Part shown: positions 26,223 to 33,141 of the stretch, piece by piece
How the letters are laid out: every line of letters starts with the position of its first letter
How positions within the stretch are numbered: the stretch's first letter is position 1
IMG/VR virus record: IMGVR_UViG_3300020045_001406
Coordinates: 1-33,674 of that record
DNA: 33,674 bases
Reading direction: 5' to 3' (one strand)
Origin: a virus
Taxonomy: Duplodnaviria > Caudoviricetes
The notes under the pieces: generated by a model
Seen by the model: only the letters and a program-made list of their open reading frames with translations
Database searches by the model: none
Told to the model about the DNA's origin: nothing
Made by a program: the position numbers and the translations under genes

Positions 26223-26274
26223 TTCGCATAAGCAACATTGTGGTACTCGTTAAGTCTTCATCTACATCTTGTGT
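26223..26274 (+). repeat. Direct repeat copy 2 (dif/Xer-like core plus NrdR-box-like motif)
   Basis: TTCGCATAAGCAACA-N24-CTACATCTTGTGT, 710 bp from copy 1. Confidence 0.75.
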
Positions 26275-26552
26275 GGCCATCGAAGTGAATGCCCCAGCTT
26301 CTTCGGCCTCCCAGGCGACCTGATCTTACGCATATTCGCTTGCGTGTGTCTCGCTGCACTGGCGGCGTCCTCCAGCAGGATCGTGCTGTCTGCCGCGTCG
26401 CGCGAGAGGGCGTCCAATCTGCTTGCCAGGCCCCGCAATTCACTGGCGACCCGGCGCAGGTTGACCACCGACTTCAGCGGGATCTCGATGCGGATGACCT
26501 CCGGCTTCCAGGTCTTGTCGAATTTGGTGTGCTCGTCGCGTGATGTGGCCAT
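26262..26552 (-). CDS. Hypothetical helical protein with AT-hook-like PGRPKK, 96 aa
   Basis: ATG 26552 lies 6 nt after a predicted -10 element (leaderless). The stop codon lies inside repeat copy 2. Confidence 0.65.
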   Translation of the reverse strand: MATSRDEHTKFDKTWKPEVIRIEIPLKSVVNLRRVASELRGLASRLDALSRDAADSTILLEDAASAARHTQANMRKIRSPGRPKKLGHSLRWPHKM

Positions 26553-26590
26553 AACATCGGTGTACCACATCTGGTGTGGATTTCGCAACG
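26541..26590 (-). promoter_or_regulatory. Promoter (TTGCGA-N18-TACACC) with two operator copies
   Basis: Operators TGATGTG-GCCAT-AACATCG (26541-26559) and TGGTGTG-GATTT-CGCAACG (26572-26590). -35 at 26583-26588, -10 at 26559-26564. Confidence 0.55.
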
Positions 26591-26592
26591 CT

Positions 26593-27081
26593 TCAGAGCG
26601 CCATCACTTCCACGTCGTGCGGCAGTCCTCGCCCTCTGAGTATCTCCCGGATGCGCCGCTCTGTCGCCCGGTGGCATCGGATGATGGTGCGGTATGGCAA
26701 GACTGCCAGGCAGGCGGCGTAGTCCTCCAGCACGGCGCGCACTGCCTGGATGCCTCGCCCATCGAGCCGGATCGTCTTGCCCTGCATGCTGCGGCGCCCG
26801 GCAAGCGCCAGTCCGTCGACGGCGTCTTGAAGCAACCCACTGCTGTCTACGACGATGCCCTGGCTGACAAGCGTCTCCATGAGGTTCACGGCGTCGCTGC
26901 ACACGCTCCAGTCGTCGTTCGTTGGTTCGCTGGCGGACTCGATCGAGTGGAGCCCTTCCCACATGCGCGTCAGTTGGTAGACCCTGTTGCGCTCTGGCGT
27001 CGGGGCTGTCGGGCTCGCCATCATTTCGTCGAGGATGGAGTACGTGTAAACCTCGACGCGTTTATGGTTTGTTTTTTTCAT
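26593..27081 (-). CDS. Conserved phage hypothetical protein
   Basis: Start ATG 27081 (ATGA overlap). DW...SDAVNL.ETL...IRLDG.GIQAVR..L.DY motif. Confidence 0.7.
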   Translation of the reverse strand: MKKTNHKRVEVYTYSILDEMMASPTAPTPERNRVYQLTRMWEGLHSIESASEPTNDDWSVCSDAVNLMETLVSQGIVVDSSGLLQDAVDGLALAGRRSMQGKTIRLDGRGIQAVRAVLEDYAACLAVLPYRTIIRCHRATERRIREILRGRGLPHDVEVMAL

Positions 27082-27275
27082 GGCTTGCCTTTCGGAACGC
27101 ACACAGCGCGAATGCCTGGGGCAATCCGGCTGGCTTCGATGGAAGCCCGCTGGCAATCGCCGGCAGTATTGAATTCCTGCATCGCCACGGCCCAGCGGCG
27201 GTATGCGTAATTCGACGTGCTGTCTTCATTAGCTCCCGCCATTACCGCCCATGACAAAATAAGTATGTAAATCAT
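27078..27275 (-). CDS. Small hypothetical protein
   Basis: Coupled at both ends; YILIL...MQEF.....C..A...AVCVPK pattern. Confidence 0.6.
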   Translation of the reverse strand: MIYILILSWAVMAGANEDSTSNYAYRRWAVAMQEFNTAGDCQRASIEASRIAPGIRAVCVPKGKP

Positions 27276-28315
27276 GGTTTGATCCCGTGGTGGATTTCAA
27301 CTAGCCTAGCGAACTCCAAATGATTAGAAGTTGACCGAGCTATTTCCTCGATTTTCCCCCATGTCATCGGCACCCGAGCATCAGCAGCCAGCACCGCGCG
27401 CGGCGACAAAACACCAGCAAGATATAAGTCCCACAGCTCCTGCATCCAGTCTAGAACGTAGCGTTGCTGACCGTTGGCGCCCCACGCTTCGCGCTCTGCC
27501 CATAATTGAGCCGGTAATCCACACTTGGATTTTCCGCGAATCGCGCCACTTTGGATTCTAGAATCCACTACAGCTTCAAATACTGCTCCATGTTCGCGGA
27601 ATTCCTCGTGCGTGCGACGGCATCCTGTTGTGTGTGAATGTGGTTTGCTAACTCCGCAGATTGGGCAGTCAAAAGTACCCTGTGATGTGGTGCTTAGTGT
27701 GGCGTCTGCAATAAGCGCAGCACGCTCGTCAGTTGGTGCTGGTGCAGCCAAACGCGCAATGAGCGACGGTAACAGGTCGCACAACAGGGCTTGAGGTGCC
27801 GCGTCTTCGCCATTCAGGGCGATGTCGATGTCTCGCACCATCGCGTCAATGTCGCTGGCCTTGTACCAGTTTCCATCGTTTGGTGCTGAGTGGGTGAATA
27901 GCGGAATGTCGTGCCAGGTGTTCTCTTCTTCTGAAAAAGAAGGGCTCGACCCTTCGCGCACATCGGTTTTACGAAACCCATTCCAGTAGAAAACAGGCTC
28001 CGCGCTCTGCGCTTTCTCTTTCTTGGCTGGTACAGGGTGGGTGAATAGCGGTACAACTTTGTTTGGCTGGTGGCTCCAGCTGCTAAGCTTCTCGGCATCT
28101 TCCTTGCTTGGGTATGCATACGATGCAAAGGCGCCTGTGCCGAACTGTATTCCGTACATCACAGGCTCCATGCTCTGCGCTTCCTCGCTGGCGATGGTGT
28201 CTTTCAAATCCAGACACGCCGCGAGATGGCCGTTTATTTGGTGAGCTTCTAGTGCGTGTAGCGGTAAATTTGAGAGCGCAGCGAGCGCCTGCTTCATCGC
28301 TTCAATTGTGTTCAT
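27272..28315 (-). CDS. Mosaic phage early protein (Ea/Ead-like modular)
   Basis: IEAMKQAL.AL start, duplicated EPV...PLFTH modules, CPICG...PH.H, terminal FAR..E..HGI. Confidence 0.7.
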   Translation of the reverse strand: MNTIEAMKQALAALSNLPLHALEAHQINGHLAACLDLKDTIASEEAQSMEPVMYGIQFGTGAFASYAYPSKEDAEKLSSWSHQPNKVVPLFTHPVPAKKEKAQSAEPVFYWNGFRKTDVREGSSPSFSEEENTWHDIPLFTHSAPNDGNWYKASDIDAMVRDIDIALNGEDAAPQALLCDLLPSLIARLAAPAPTDERAALIADATLSTTSQGTFDCPICGVSKPHSHTTGCRRTHEEFREHGAVFEAVVDSRIQSGAIRGKSKCGLPAQLWAEREAWGANGQQRYVLDWMQELWDLYLAGVLSPRAVLAADARVPMTWGKIEEIARSTSNHLEFARLVEIHHGIKP

Positions 28316-28626
28316 TGCAAAAACTCCTTAATTCGGTAATGTTTTCTCTTGGCCAGTAATGACGATGGACTCTTCACCTCATCGAGCTTCCCTGACTTCA
28401 CCATGCTCTTCAGAAGCTTGCTCGTCGTAGACTTCGCCGCGCCGATTTTGGCGCTGATGCGGGTTTGTGAGATTCCGGGGGTGTCGGCGATTAACTTGAG
28501 CACGATGACTTCACGGTCACTGGCGACTATGCGGCGCTGCTCGGCGTAGGTATCGCGATCTGGCAGGGTGCAGGATGTGACTGGCACCAGTGGCGGCTGC
28601 AGGATGGTTTTGCAGTTGTGGTTCAT
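28312..28626 (-). CDS. Winged-helix DNA-binding protein (MarR-like)
   Basis: VLKLI...PGISQ..IS.KIG.AKSTTSKLLK.M...G.L. Confidence 0.7.
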   Translation of the reverse strand: MNHNCKTILQPPLVPVTSCTLPDRDTYAEQRRIVASDREVIVLKLIADTPGISQTRISAKIGAAKSTTSKLLKSMVKSGKLDEVKSPSSLLAKRKHYRIKEFLQ

Positions 28627-28970
28627 GATGCGGCCCGGGCTGCGTCGATGGCGTCCGACATGCGTCTGTAGTCGTCTCGGTAGATTGGGTTGTCTTCAGC
28701 CGCGTGGGCAAGTGTTACGACAGCTTGGCGGCATGCTGCTAAAAGCATATCGCGGTCTTTGGTGAGCTTGGTGATCTCCCGTTCCTGCGATAAGCCGACT
28801 TGATACATGCTTTCTTTTGCTTCGGCATCATCTAAGTGTTTTAGTTTCCAAAGCGCAAGGTCCAGTTTTTCTTTAAGACTTGCAATTTCCGACTGTACGT
28901 TTACAGGGACGGCTCTGAACTGGGTCACGCAATTTGGGCAAATCACTTGATCGTAGTTTGGTTGAATCAT
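28623..28970 (-). CDS. Hypothetical protein (CxxC plus coiled coil)
   Basis: Start ATG 28970 (GGAGG SD, ATGA overlap); VICPNC..QFRA.PVNVQ. Confidence 0.65.
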   Translation of the reverse strand: MIQPNYDQVICPNCVTQFRAVPVNVQSEIASLKEKLDLALWKLKHLDDAEAKESMYQVGLSQEREITKLTKDRDMLLAACRQAVVTLAHAAEDNPIYRDDYRRMSDAIDAARAAS

Positions 28971-29140
28971 TGAATCCTCCGTGGGCATTGCCCGTCAATA
29001 AATTGGGGTGGTAGCTGGTATGACTGTCGCTCTGGATCGCCAGGCGCTGTTCTGCGTTGGCAGTTCCCGCACTGGGCGATGTAGTCGTTTTTAACGGGGT
29101 CAACCCCGGCGCAGCGCGCGATATCAAATGGCAGGCTCAT
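28967..29140 (-). CDS. Small Cys-rich phage protein, 57 aa
   Basis: MSLPFDIARC.G...C.NCQRR...CP.RI; ATGA-coupled. Confidence 0.6.
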   Translation of the reverse strand: MSLPFDIARCAGVDPVKNDYIAQCGNCQRRTAPGDPERQSYQLPPQFIDGQCPRRIQ

Positions 29141-29325
29141 CCCATGGCCACCCAAACAAGAGCGATCAGCGTGAGCATTCCGAAGAACCCAAGCCAGGCC
29201 ATGCCGGTCCAAGCGAGGCGCATGAACCAGTCGAGGCCGAGCGGGTCGTCAATCCTGCTTGGTATCTCGCGGGATTTGCTGCAGATGCAGTCCCGGCCCT
29301 GGTTGCATTTCTGGGAGCAGGTCAT
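29137..29325 (-). CDS. Small membrane protein with C...CNQGRDC motif
   Basis: MTCSQKCNQGRDCIC followed by a C-terminal TM helix; ATGA-coupled. Confidence 0.6.
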   Translation of the reverse strand: MTCSQKCNQGRDCICSKSREIPSRIDDPLGLDWFMRLAWTGMAWLGFFGMLTLIALVWVAMG

Positions 29326-29483
29326 TTCTCGCTCCCGTTGAATGTCTTTTTTCCGACGCACATGGCGATCGGGGGACGGTAGGATTTTCGGACTCCGTTC
29401 TCCAGGCTGGGCACCTTCATGGCGTCGTTTTAGCCTGGGCGGGCCGGGGGCGCTGGCGGCGTTTCGTAGCGGGTTGTTTTCAT
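29322..29483 (-). pseudogene. Small ORF interrupted by one in-frame TAA
   Basis: MKTTRYETPPAPPARPG*NDAMKVPSLENGVRK...SEK; ATGA overlaps at both ends; TAA at 29430-29432. Confidence 0.5.
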
Positions 29484-29650
29484 GGGCGGCTCCAGAGAAG
29501 GATGCCGACAAAGATCGCGGTCAGAACACTGGCGGCGAGGACCAGCTTGTCTTGCCAGTCCATGGGGCGGTCGACTGGTTCGGTGATCGTGTGTCCTGCG
29601 TAAGGCCCGAAGGCCTCCGCCATTGTGCGTGGAAATTTGCGTGTGTTCAT
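29480..29650 (-). CDS. Small membrane protein, 56 aa (not in ORF track)
   Basis: MNTRKFPRTMAEAFGPY...DKLVLAASVLTAIFVGILLW; AAGGA SD. Confidence 0.65.
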   Translation of the reverse strand: MNTRKFPRTMAEAFGPYAGHTITEPVDRPMDWQDKLVLAASVLTAIFVGILLWSRP

Positions 29651-29659
29651 AAAATCCTT

Positions 29660-29680
29660 TGTTGTGATAAACGCATCATA
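29660..29680 (-). promoter_or_regulatory. Operator copy overlapping a -10 element
   Basis: TGTTGTG-ATAAA-CGCATCA (29660-29678); minus-strand TATGAT at 29675-29680. Confidence 0.6.
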
Positions 29681-29872
29681 CTACTTATTCGAGTTGTCCA
29701 GCAGATACTTTTCCAAGTCGGCCTTGCGGTACCGAACGGGGCTTTGCTTTGTGGAGCCCAGCTTGATCCAGTCGGGGCCAGTGTTTCGTCCGCGCCACTG
29801 CTCCAGTGTGTCCAGATGGACTTTCAGGAGTAGGGCTACTTCGCGTGGGGTGAGTAGCTCTGTGGAAATCAT
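29681..29872 (-). CDS. Excisionase/AlpA-like helix-turn-helix protein
   Basis: LLTPREVA.LL.V...TL..WR....GP..IKLG......VRYR..DL..YL. Confidence 0.82.
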   Translation of the reverse strand: MISTELLTPREVALLLKVHLDTLEQWRGRNTGPDWIKLGSTKQSPVRYRKADLEKYLLDNSNK

Positions 29873-29982
29873 GACAATAGCCCAATGCATCCGATGAGCA
29901 GGACCCACCCGCTGTACTCAACCTTGAAATAAATCCCGGTGAGCCCGATAGCGACGGTGGTGGCGTATGCGAATTTATTCAT
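29869..29982 (-). CDS. Very small membrane protein, 37 aa
   Basis: MNKFAYATTVAIGLTGIYFKVEYSGWVLLIGCIGLLS; fills the gap between recT and the HTH gene with an ATGA overlap. Confidence 0.5.
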   Translation of the reverse strand: MNKFAYATTVAIGLTGIYFKVEYSGWVLLIGCIGLLS

Positions 29983-29984
29983 GA

Positions 29985-30833
29985 TCAGATGGGGCTGTCG
30001 GAGTCGGCGGCGGGCTGCTCGTCGTGGTAGTCTACTGGCCGCATGTCGATCACGCCATCGTCGTCGTGCTGTGGCGGTGGGGCCTGAGCGGCGACCTTGT
30101 CCAGTCGGCTGGGGCGCTTGGGCGCTGATGGTGCTGGCGCGGCCTGTGGGGCTTCCTGGGGCGTTTCTGCTGGCGGCATGAACAGCTCGTCATCTTCGCG
30201 GATGGCGCCGTCGATGTCGGTGCTCAGCGGCAGGCGTTTGGCGTGGCGGCGCACCACCGTTTTCTTGGCCATCTCGGCAAAGTCCGTGACCCATGGGCCG
30301 GAGTTTCCGCTGCGGCTGCGGGCGCGGATGCCGTTCACGTCCTCGACGCTCATCACCTCTCGGGACTTCTCGCCGTCCTTCATGCTGACGATGCTGTAAA
30401 CCGCGATCAGCTTGCCGCGCCCGGACAGCGCCGGCTTGTGGGTGATGTGCTCCTCGTCGCCCAGGCAGAAGTCGAAGTTGTCGTTCTCGTAGACCGCCTG
30501 GACGCTCCAGGTGCTGATTTCTCCGCTGTTGCGCACCATCTTCATGACCCCTGCCACCATGGGCATGAATTGGCACTGGTCCTTGAAGGTGACGATGGCG
30601 CCTTCGCGGCCGTCCGGCAGCAAGCCCATCTGGCTGGCCTTCATGGCGCTGGCAAACAGTGTGCGTCGGTCGGCGTTGAGCAGGGCGGGGGTGGTCTGCA
30701 CTGCGGTCATCATGACCCGGACGAAACGCTCGGGGCTGACGTGCTTTGGCAGGGCCGCTGCGAACTGCGGCGTCATGGCGGTGAGCTGGGTGCGGACTTG
30801 GTCCACGGGGGTGAGGGCTGTTGAGGTTGACAT
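29985..30833 (-). CDS. recT: RecT-family single-strand annealing protein
   Basis: ALP.HV..ERF.R...TA....P.L, GL.PDGRE..IV, V.END.F....G....I.HKP, SGPW.TDF.EMAKKTV.RR..K.LP.S. Confidence 0.93.
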   Translation of the reverse strand: MSTSTALTPVDQVRTQLTAMTPQFAAALPKHVSPERFVRVMMTAVQTTPALLNADRRTLFASAMKASQMGLLPDGREGAIVTFKDQCQFMPMVAGVMKMVRNSGEISTWSVQAVYENDNFDFCLGDEEHITHKPALSGRGKLIAVYSIVSMKDGEKSREVMSVEDVNGIRARSRSGNSGPWVTDFAEMAKKTVVRRHAKRLPLSTDIDGAIREDDELFMPPAETPQEAPQAAPAPSAPKRPSRLDKVAAQAPPPQHDDDGVIDMRPVDYHDEQPAADSDSPI

Positions 30834-30850
30834 GGTGGTTCCTTGGTTGG

Positions 30851-31195
30851 TTAGTCGTTTTTGCGAAAGTTCTTCTGTGCTCTAGACTTTGTGCTTTCAA
30901 TCATTCGCTCCAGGTCTGAGCGCATGTACGCGTACAGGTAAGCCGACATTTCGACTCCGTGAAGCCGTGCCCCAATGTGGGCGCAAGCGTTGGCGCGGAC
31001 CTCTTCGTCTGTTTCAGTGAGGTCTTGGGCCTTCACCTCGACAACTACTTGAGCGCACATAGTTAGGTCGGCTATTTGGTGCTTACCCATTAAGTCTCGG
31101 ACGTCGTGAAAGAAGGCGTTGATAGATGCATTAGCTGGGGCGCTGTCCCGCGGCGTGCAGCGCGCTCGGTATGCTTTTGGGTCGTCAATAATCAT
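30851..31195 (-). CDS. Hypothetical protein between exonuclease and recT
   Basis: 114-aa ORF, ATGA-coupled to the exonuclease gene, lower GC than its neighbours. Confidence 0.6.
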   Translation of the reverse strand: MIIDDPKAYRARCTPRDSAPANASINAFFHDVRDLMGKHQIADLTMCAQVVVEVKAQDLTETDEEVRANACAHIGARLHGVEMSAYLYAYMRSDLERMIESTKSRAQKNFRKND

Positions 31196-32145
31196 TTGGT
31201 TTTCCTTGCGTTGATGCGGAGATTTCGGAAGCCTTTACGGCCTCCATGCGTGGTGCCGACCATGTCGGCGGTGATTGTTGTCGGCGGTGTTTCCGCCTGA
31301 ATGCCGGCGCTGATTGTCCAGCCGGTGAGCAGGACTTTTTCGGCGTCGCCAATGCGGGCGAGCAGCTTGGCTTTGCATGCCTGCTTGTCTTCTTCCCAAT
31401 CGGTCGCTTGCTTGGATGCATGTTTGTAATCGTGCACCAGTTGTGCGATTTCAGCATCATCCCCGGCGTCGAGGATTTTGCCGGGCTGGGCGTATTGATT
31501 CAGCCGGATGACCGCTTCGGCGTCGGCGGGCATCATGGGGGCGGGCTCCTGGTTGGCGTCTACCGAGTGCCAGAAGTCTGCGATGGCCTGGCGCATGGCC
31601 GCGATCACCGCCTCGTCGCGCTGCCGCTCGATCACCACACCCCGGTTGCCGGCAATGAAGGCGCCAATAAATGCCCGCTTGTACCCTGACACCATCATCT
31701 GGTGCTGCACCTGCATTTCGATGTGCTCGGGCGCCTCGATGGCGCCGTCGTCGTGCTCAATCCAGCCGTCGCGGAAGGCCAGGTAATCGACGTTTTTTAT
31801 CTCCAGGTGGGCGGGGCCGCCGTCCAGGCTGGTAATTCTGAAGTCAAACGAAGACCCGGCGCGCAGCTCGGGTAGCCGCATGTAGTCTTTCATGGGTTCG
31901 ATGGTCCAGCCCATGTCGGCGGCAATGCCGTGCGCGATAGCCGCCTCCAGCCGGTTGCCCCAGGTCATGCGCTCATTGGTGGTGAAGTCGCGGGCCTGGC
32001 CGGATCGCTTGGCGTGCCAAAGTTCAAAGTGCGTGAGGTAGGGGCTCATGCTGAACAAGGCCGCGGACTCTGTGCTGGTGACGTCCTGCTTGCGCATGGC
32101 CAGCCAGTCGGCTTCGTTGGCGGGGGTGATGGTGATGGTGGTCAT
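31192..32145 (-). CDS. YqaJ-like (lambda-exo family) recombination exonuclease
   Basis: Start ATG 32145. WL..R...VTSTE.AALF..SPY.T..ELW..K, WG.RLE..IA, SFD, LEIKNVD, P.HIE.QVQHQM.V.G. Confidence 0.9.
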   Translation of the reverse strand: MTTITITPANEADWLAMRKQDVTSTESAALFSMSPYLTHFELWHAKRSGQARDFTTNERMTWGNRLEAAIAHGIAADMGWTIEPMKDYMRLPELRAGSSFDFRITSLDGGPAHLEIKNVDYLAFRDGWIEHDDGAIEAPEHIEMQVQHQMMVSGYKRAFIGAFIAGNRGVVIERQRDEAVIAAMRQAIADFWHSVDANQEPAPMMPADAEAVIRLNQYAQPGKILDAGDDAEIAQLVHDYKHASKQATDWEEDKQACKAKLLARIGDAEKVLLTGWTISAGIQAETPPTTITADMVGTTHGGRKGFRNLRINARKTK

Positions 32146-32462
32146 GATGCGGCCACCGTTGCTTTGGCGATGGCGGCGCGGCGAAGGCGGACGAATTGGC
32201 ACTGGCTGCAGTTGCAATAACCACTTGGAAGCCAATGAAGTGTTGATGGCCCAGCTTGCAAAGCCTCTAGCAAGTCTGGCGCTGCTGCGATTAGGCGGGC
32301 GTTTGCGTCTTTAATACCTGAAACAATGTCTTCAGTTTCCTCGCTGACATCGCCATCGATATGGCACTCGGCAACTGGCAAAGCCCCAGCGGCGTATACC
32401 GTGCTAACTTCCCAGTTGTTACGCACAACAGCCCAAGGCCCAGGTGTGTGTTGCGCGCTCAT
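32142..32462 (-). CDS. Conserved phage hypothetical protein
   Basis: HTPGPW...ANARLIAAAPDLLEAL motif. Confidence 0.78.
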   Translation of the reverse strand: MSAQHTPGPWAVVRNNWEVSTVYAAGALPVAECHIDGDVSEETEDIVSGIKDANARLIAAAPDLLEALQAGPSTLHWLPSGYCNCSQCQFVRLRRAAIAKATVAAS

Positions 32463-32689
32463 GCTTCACCCCGTCCCTTGCAAGCCCGGCAGGTCGTGCC
32501 TTCGTGCATGCCTTCGCCGGAGCCGGAGCAGGCTGGGCAGATGCCGGGCTCGTCGTCAGTTTCTGCGTCGTCCTCTGACTGGTCGTCTTCTTCTTCGAGC
32601 AGCAAATCTTCGCGGGGATCGGTGGCCGCTGGTCGGCAAATGAACGGGGCCAGTGCTGCCGCGATGGTGGGGTGCAGGTTATTCAGCAT
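32459..32689 (-). CDS. Small acidic protein with DnaJ-type zinc finger
   Basis: Start ATG 32689 (AGGAG SD); CPACSGSGEG...CRACKGRG. Confidence 0.7.
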   Translation of the reverse strand: MLNNLHPTIAAALAPFICRPAATDPREDLLLEEEDDQSEDDAETDDEPGICPACSGSGEGMHEGTTCRACKGRGEA

Positions 32690-32999
32690 GGGTTGCTCCT
32701 GCGGTATCAAGGGTCAGGGCCTGCAGATTGCTGATGCGGTCCAAGATGGCGCGCTCGGCCATGTGGGCGTCGGCGCGCTGCTTCTCTAGTTGCTTTTTCA
32801 GCCCGGTGATCTGGCCGCTAACGACCTGGTCGTGGCTGTGAAGCGTGATGATTACTTCAACAGTCCCGATTTGTGGGAACCCCTGTCTTTCAAAATATTC
32901 ACCTGAATCTGAAATCAGTGGAAGGCATTCGCCTTTCACCACGTCTTCGATCTTCGTGTAATTGTTTAAGTACGCGTTGGCTAGGTAAGTGATCTTCAT
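32679..32999 (-). CDS. Hypothetical protein, first gene of the early operon
   Basis: GGAGG SD; C-terminal coiled coil (I..LK...EK.RA.A......I..RIS.LQAL). Confidence 0.7.
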   Translation of the reverse strand: MKITYLANAYLNNYTKIEDVVKGECLPLISDSGEYFERQGFPQIGTVEVIITLHSHDQVVSGQITGLKKQLEKQRADAHMAERAILDRISNLQALTLDTAGATHAE

Positions 33000-33042
33000 A
33001 ATCCCTCCAGAATCGCGCCAGGAAATCCGGCGTCTGGGGTAA

Positions 33043-33073
33043 ATTATGCATCACTGATGCGATGTTCGCAACG
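33043..33073 (-). promoter_or_regulatory. Early leftward sigma70 promoter with overlapping operator
   Basis: Minus-strand TTGCGA (33066-33071), N17, CATAAT (33043-33048). Operator TGATGCG-ATGTT-CGCAACG (33055-33073) covers the -35. Confidence 0.75.
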
Positions 33074-33141
33074 GTATTTAATAGGAAAATACCCTTAGTT
33101 GCGGCGCAGCAACGGTAAAAGCGGCGCGGGGGACGCCAGCC

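Noticed and set aside
25513-26274. CRISPR mini-array or IS ends as an explanation for the repeats
   Set aside because: Only two copies, 710 bp apart and in direct orientation, enclosing a whole gene, with no transposase or cas gene.
29430-29432. Stop-codon reassignment (TAA read-through) in this phage
   Set aside because: TAA, TAG and TGA all terminate well-defined genes elsewhere in the window; this is a single isolated case.
26269-32841. Plus-strand ORFs across the early arm (e.g. 26269-27210, 30243-30824)
   Set aside because: Antisense shadows of a fully tiled, ATGA-coupled minus-strand operon.
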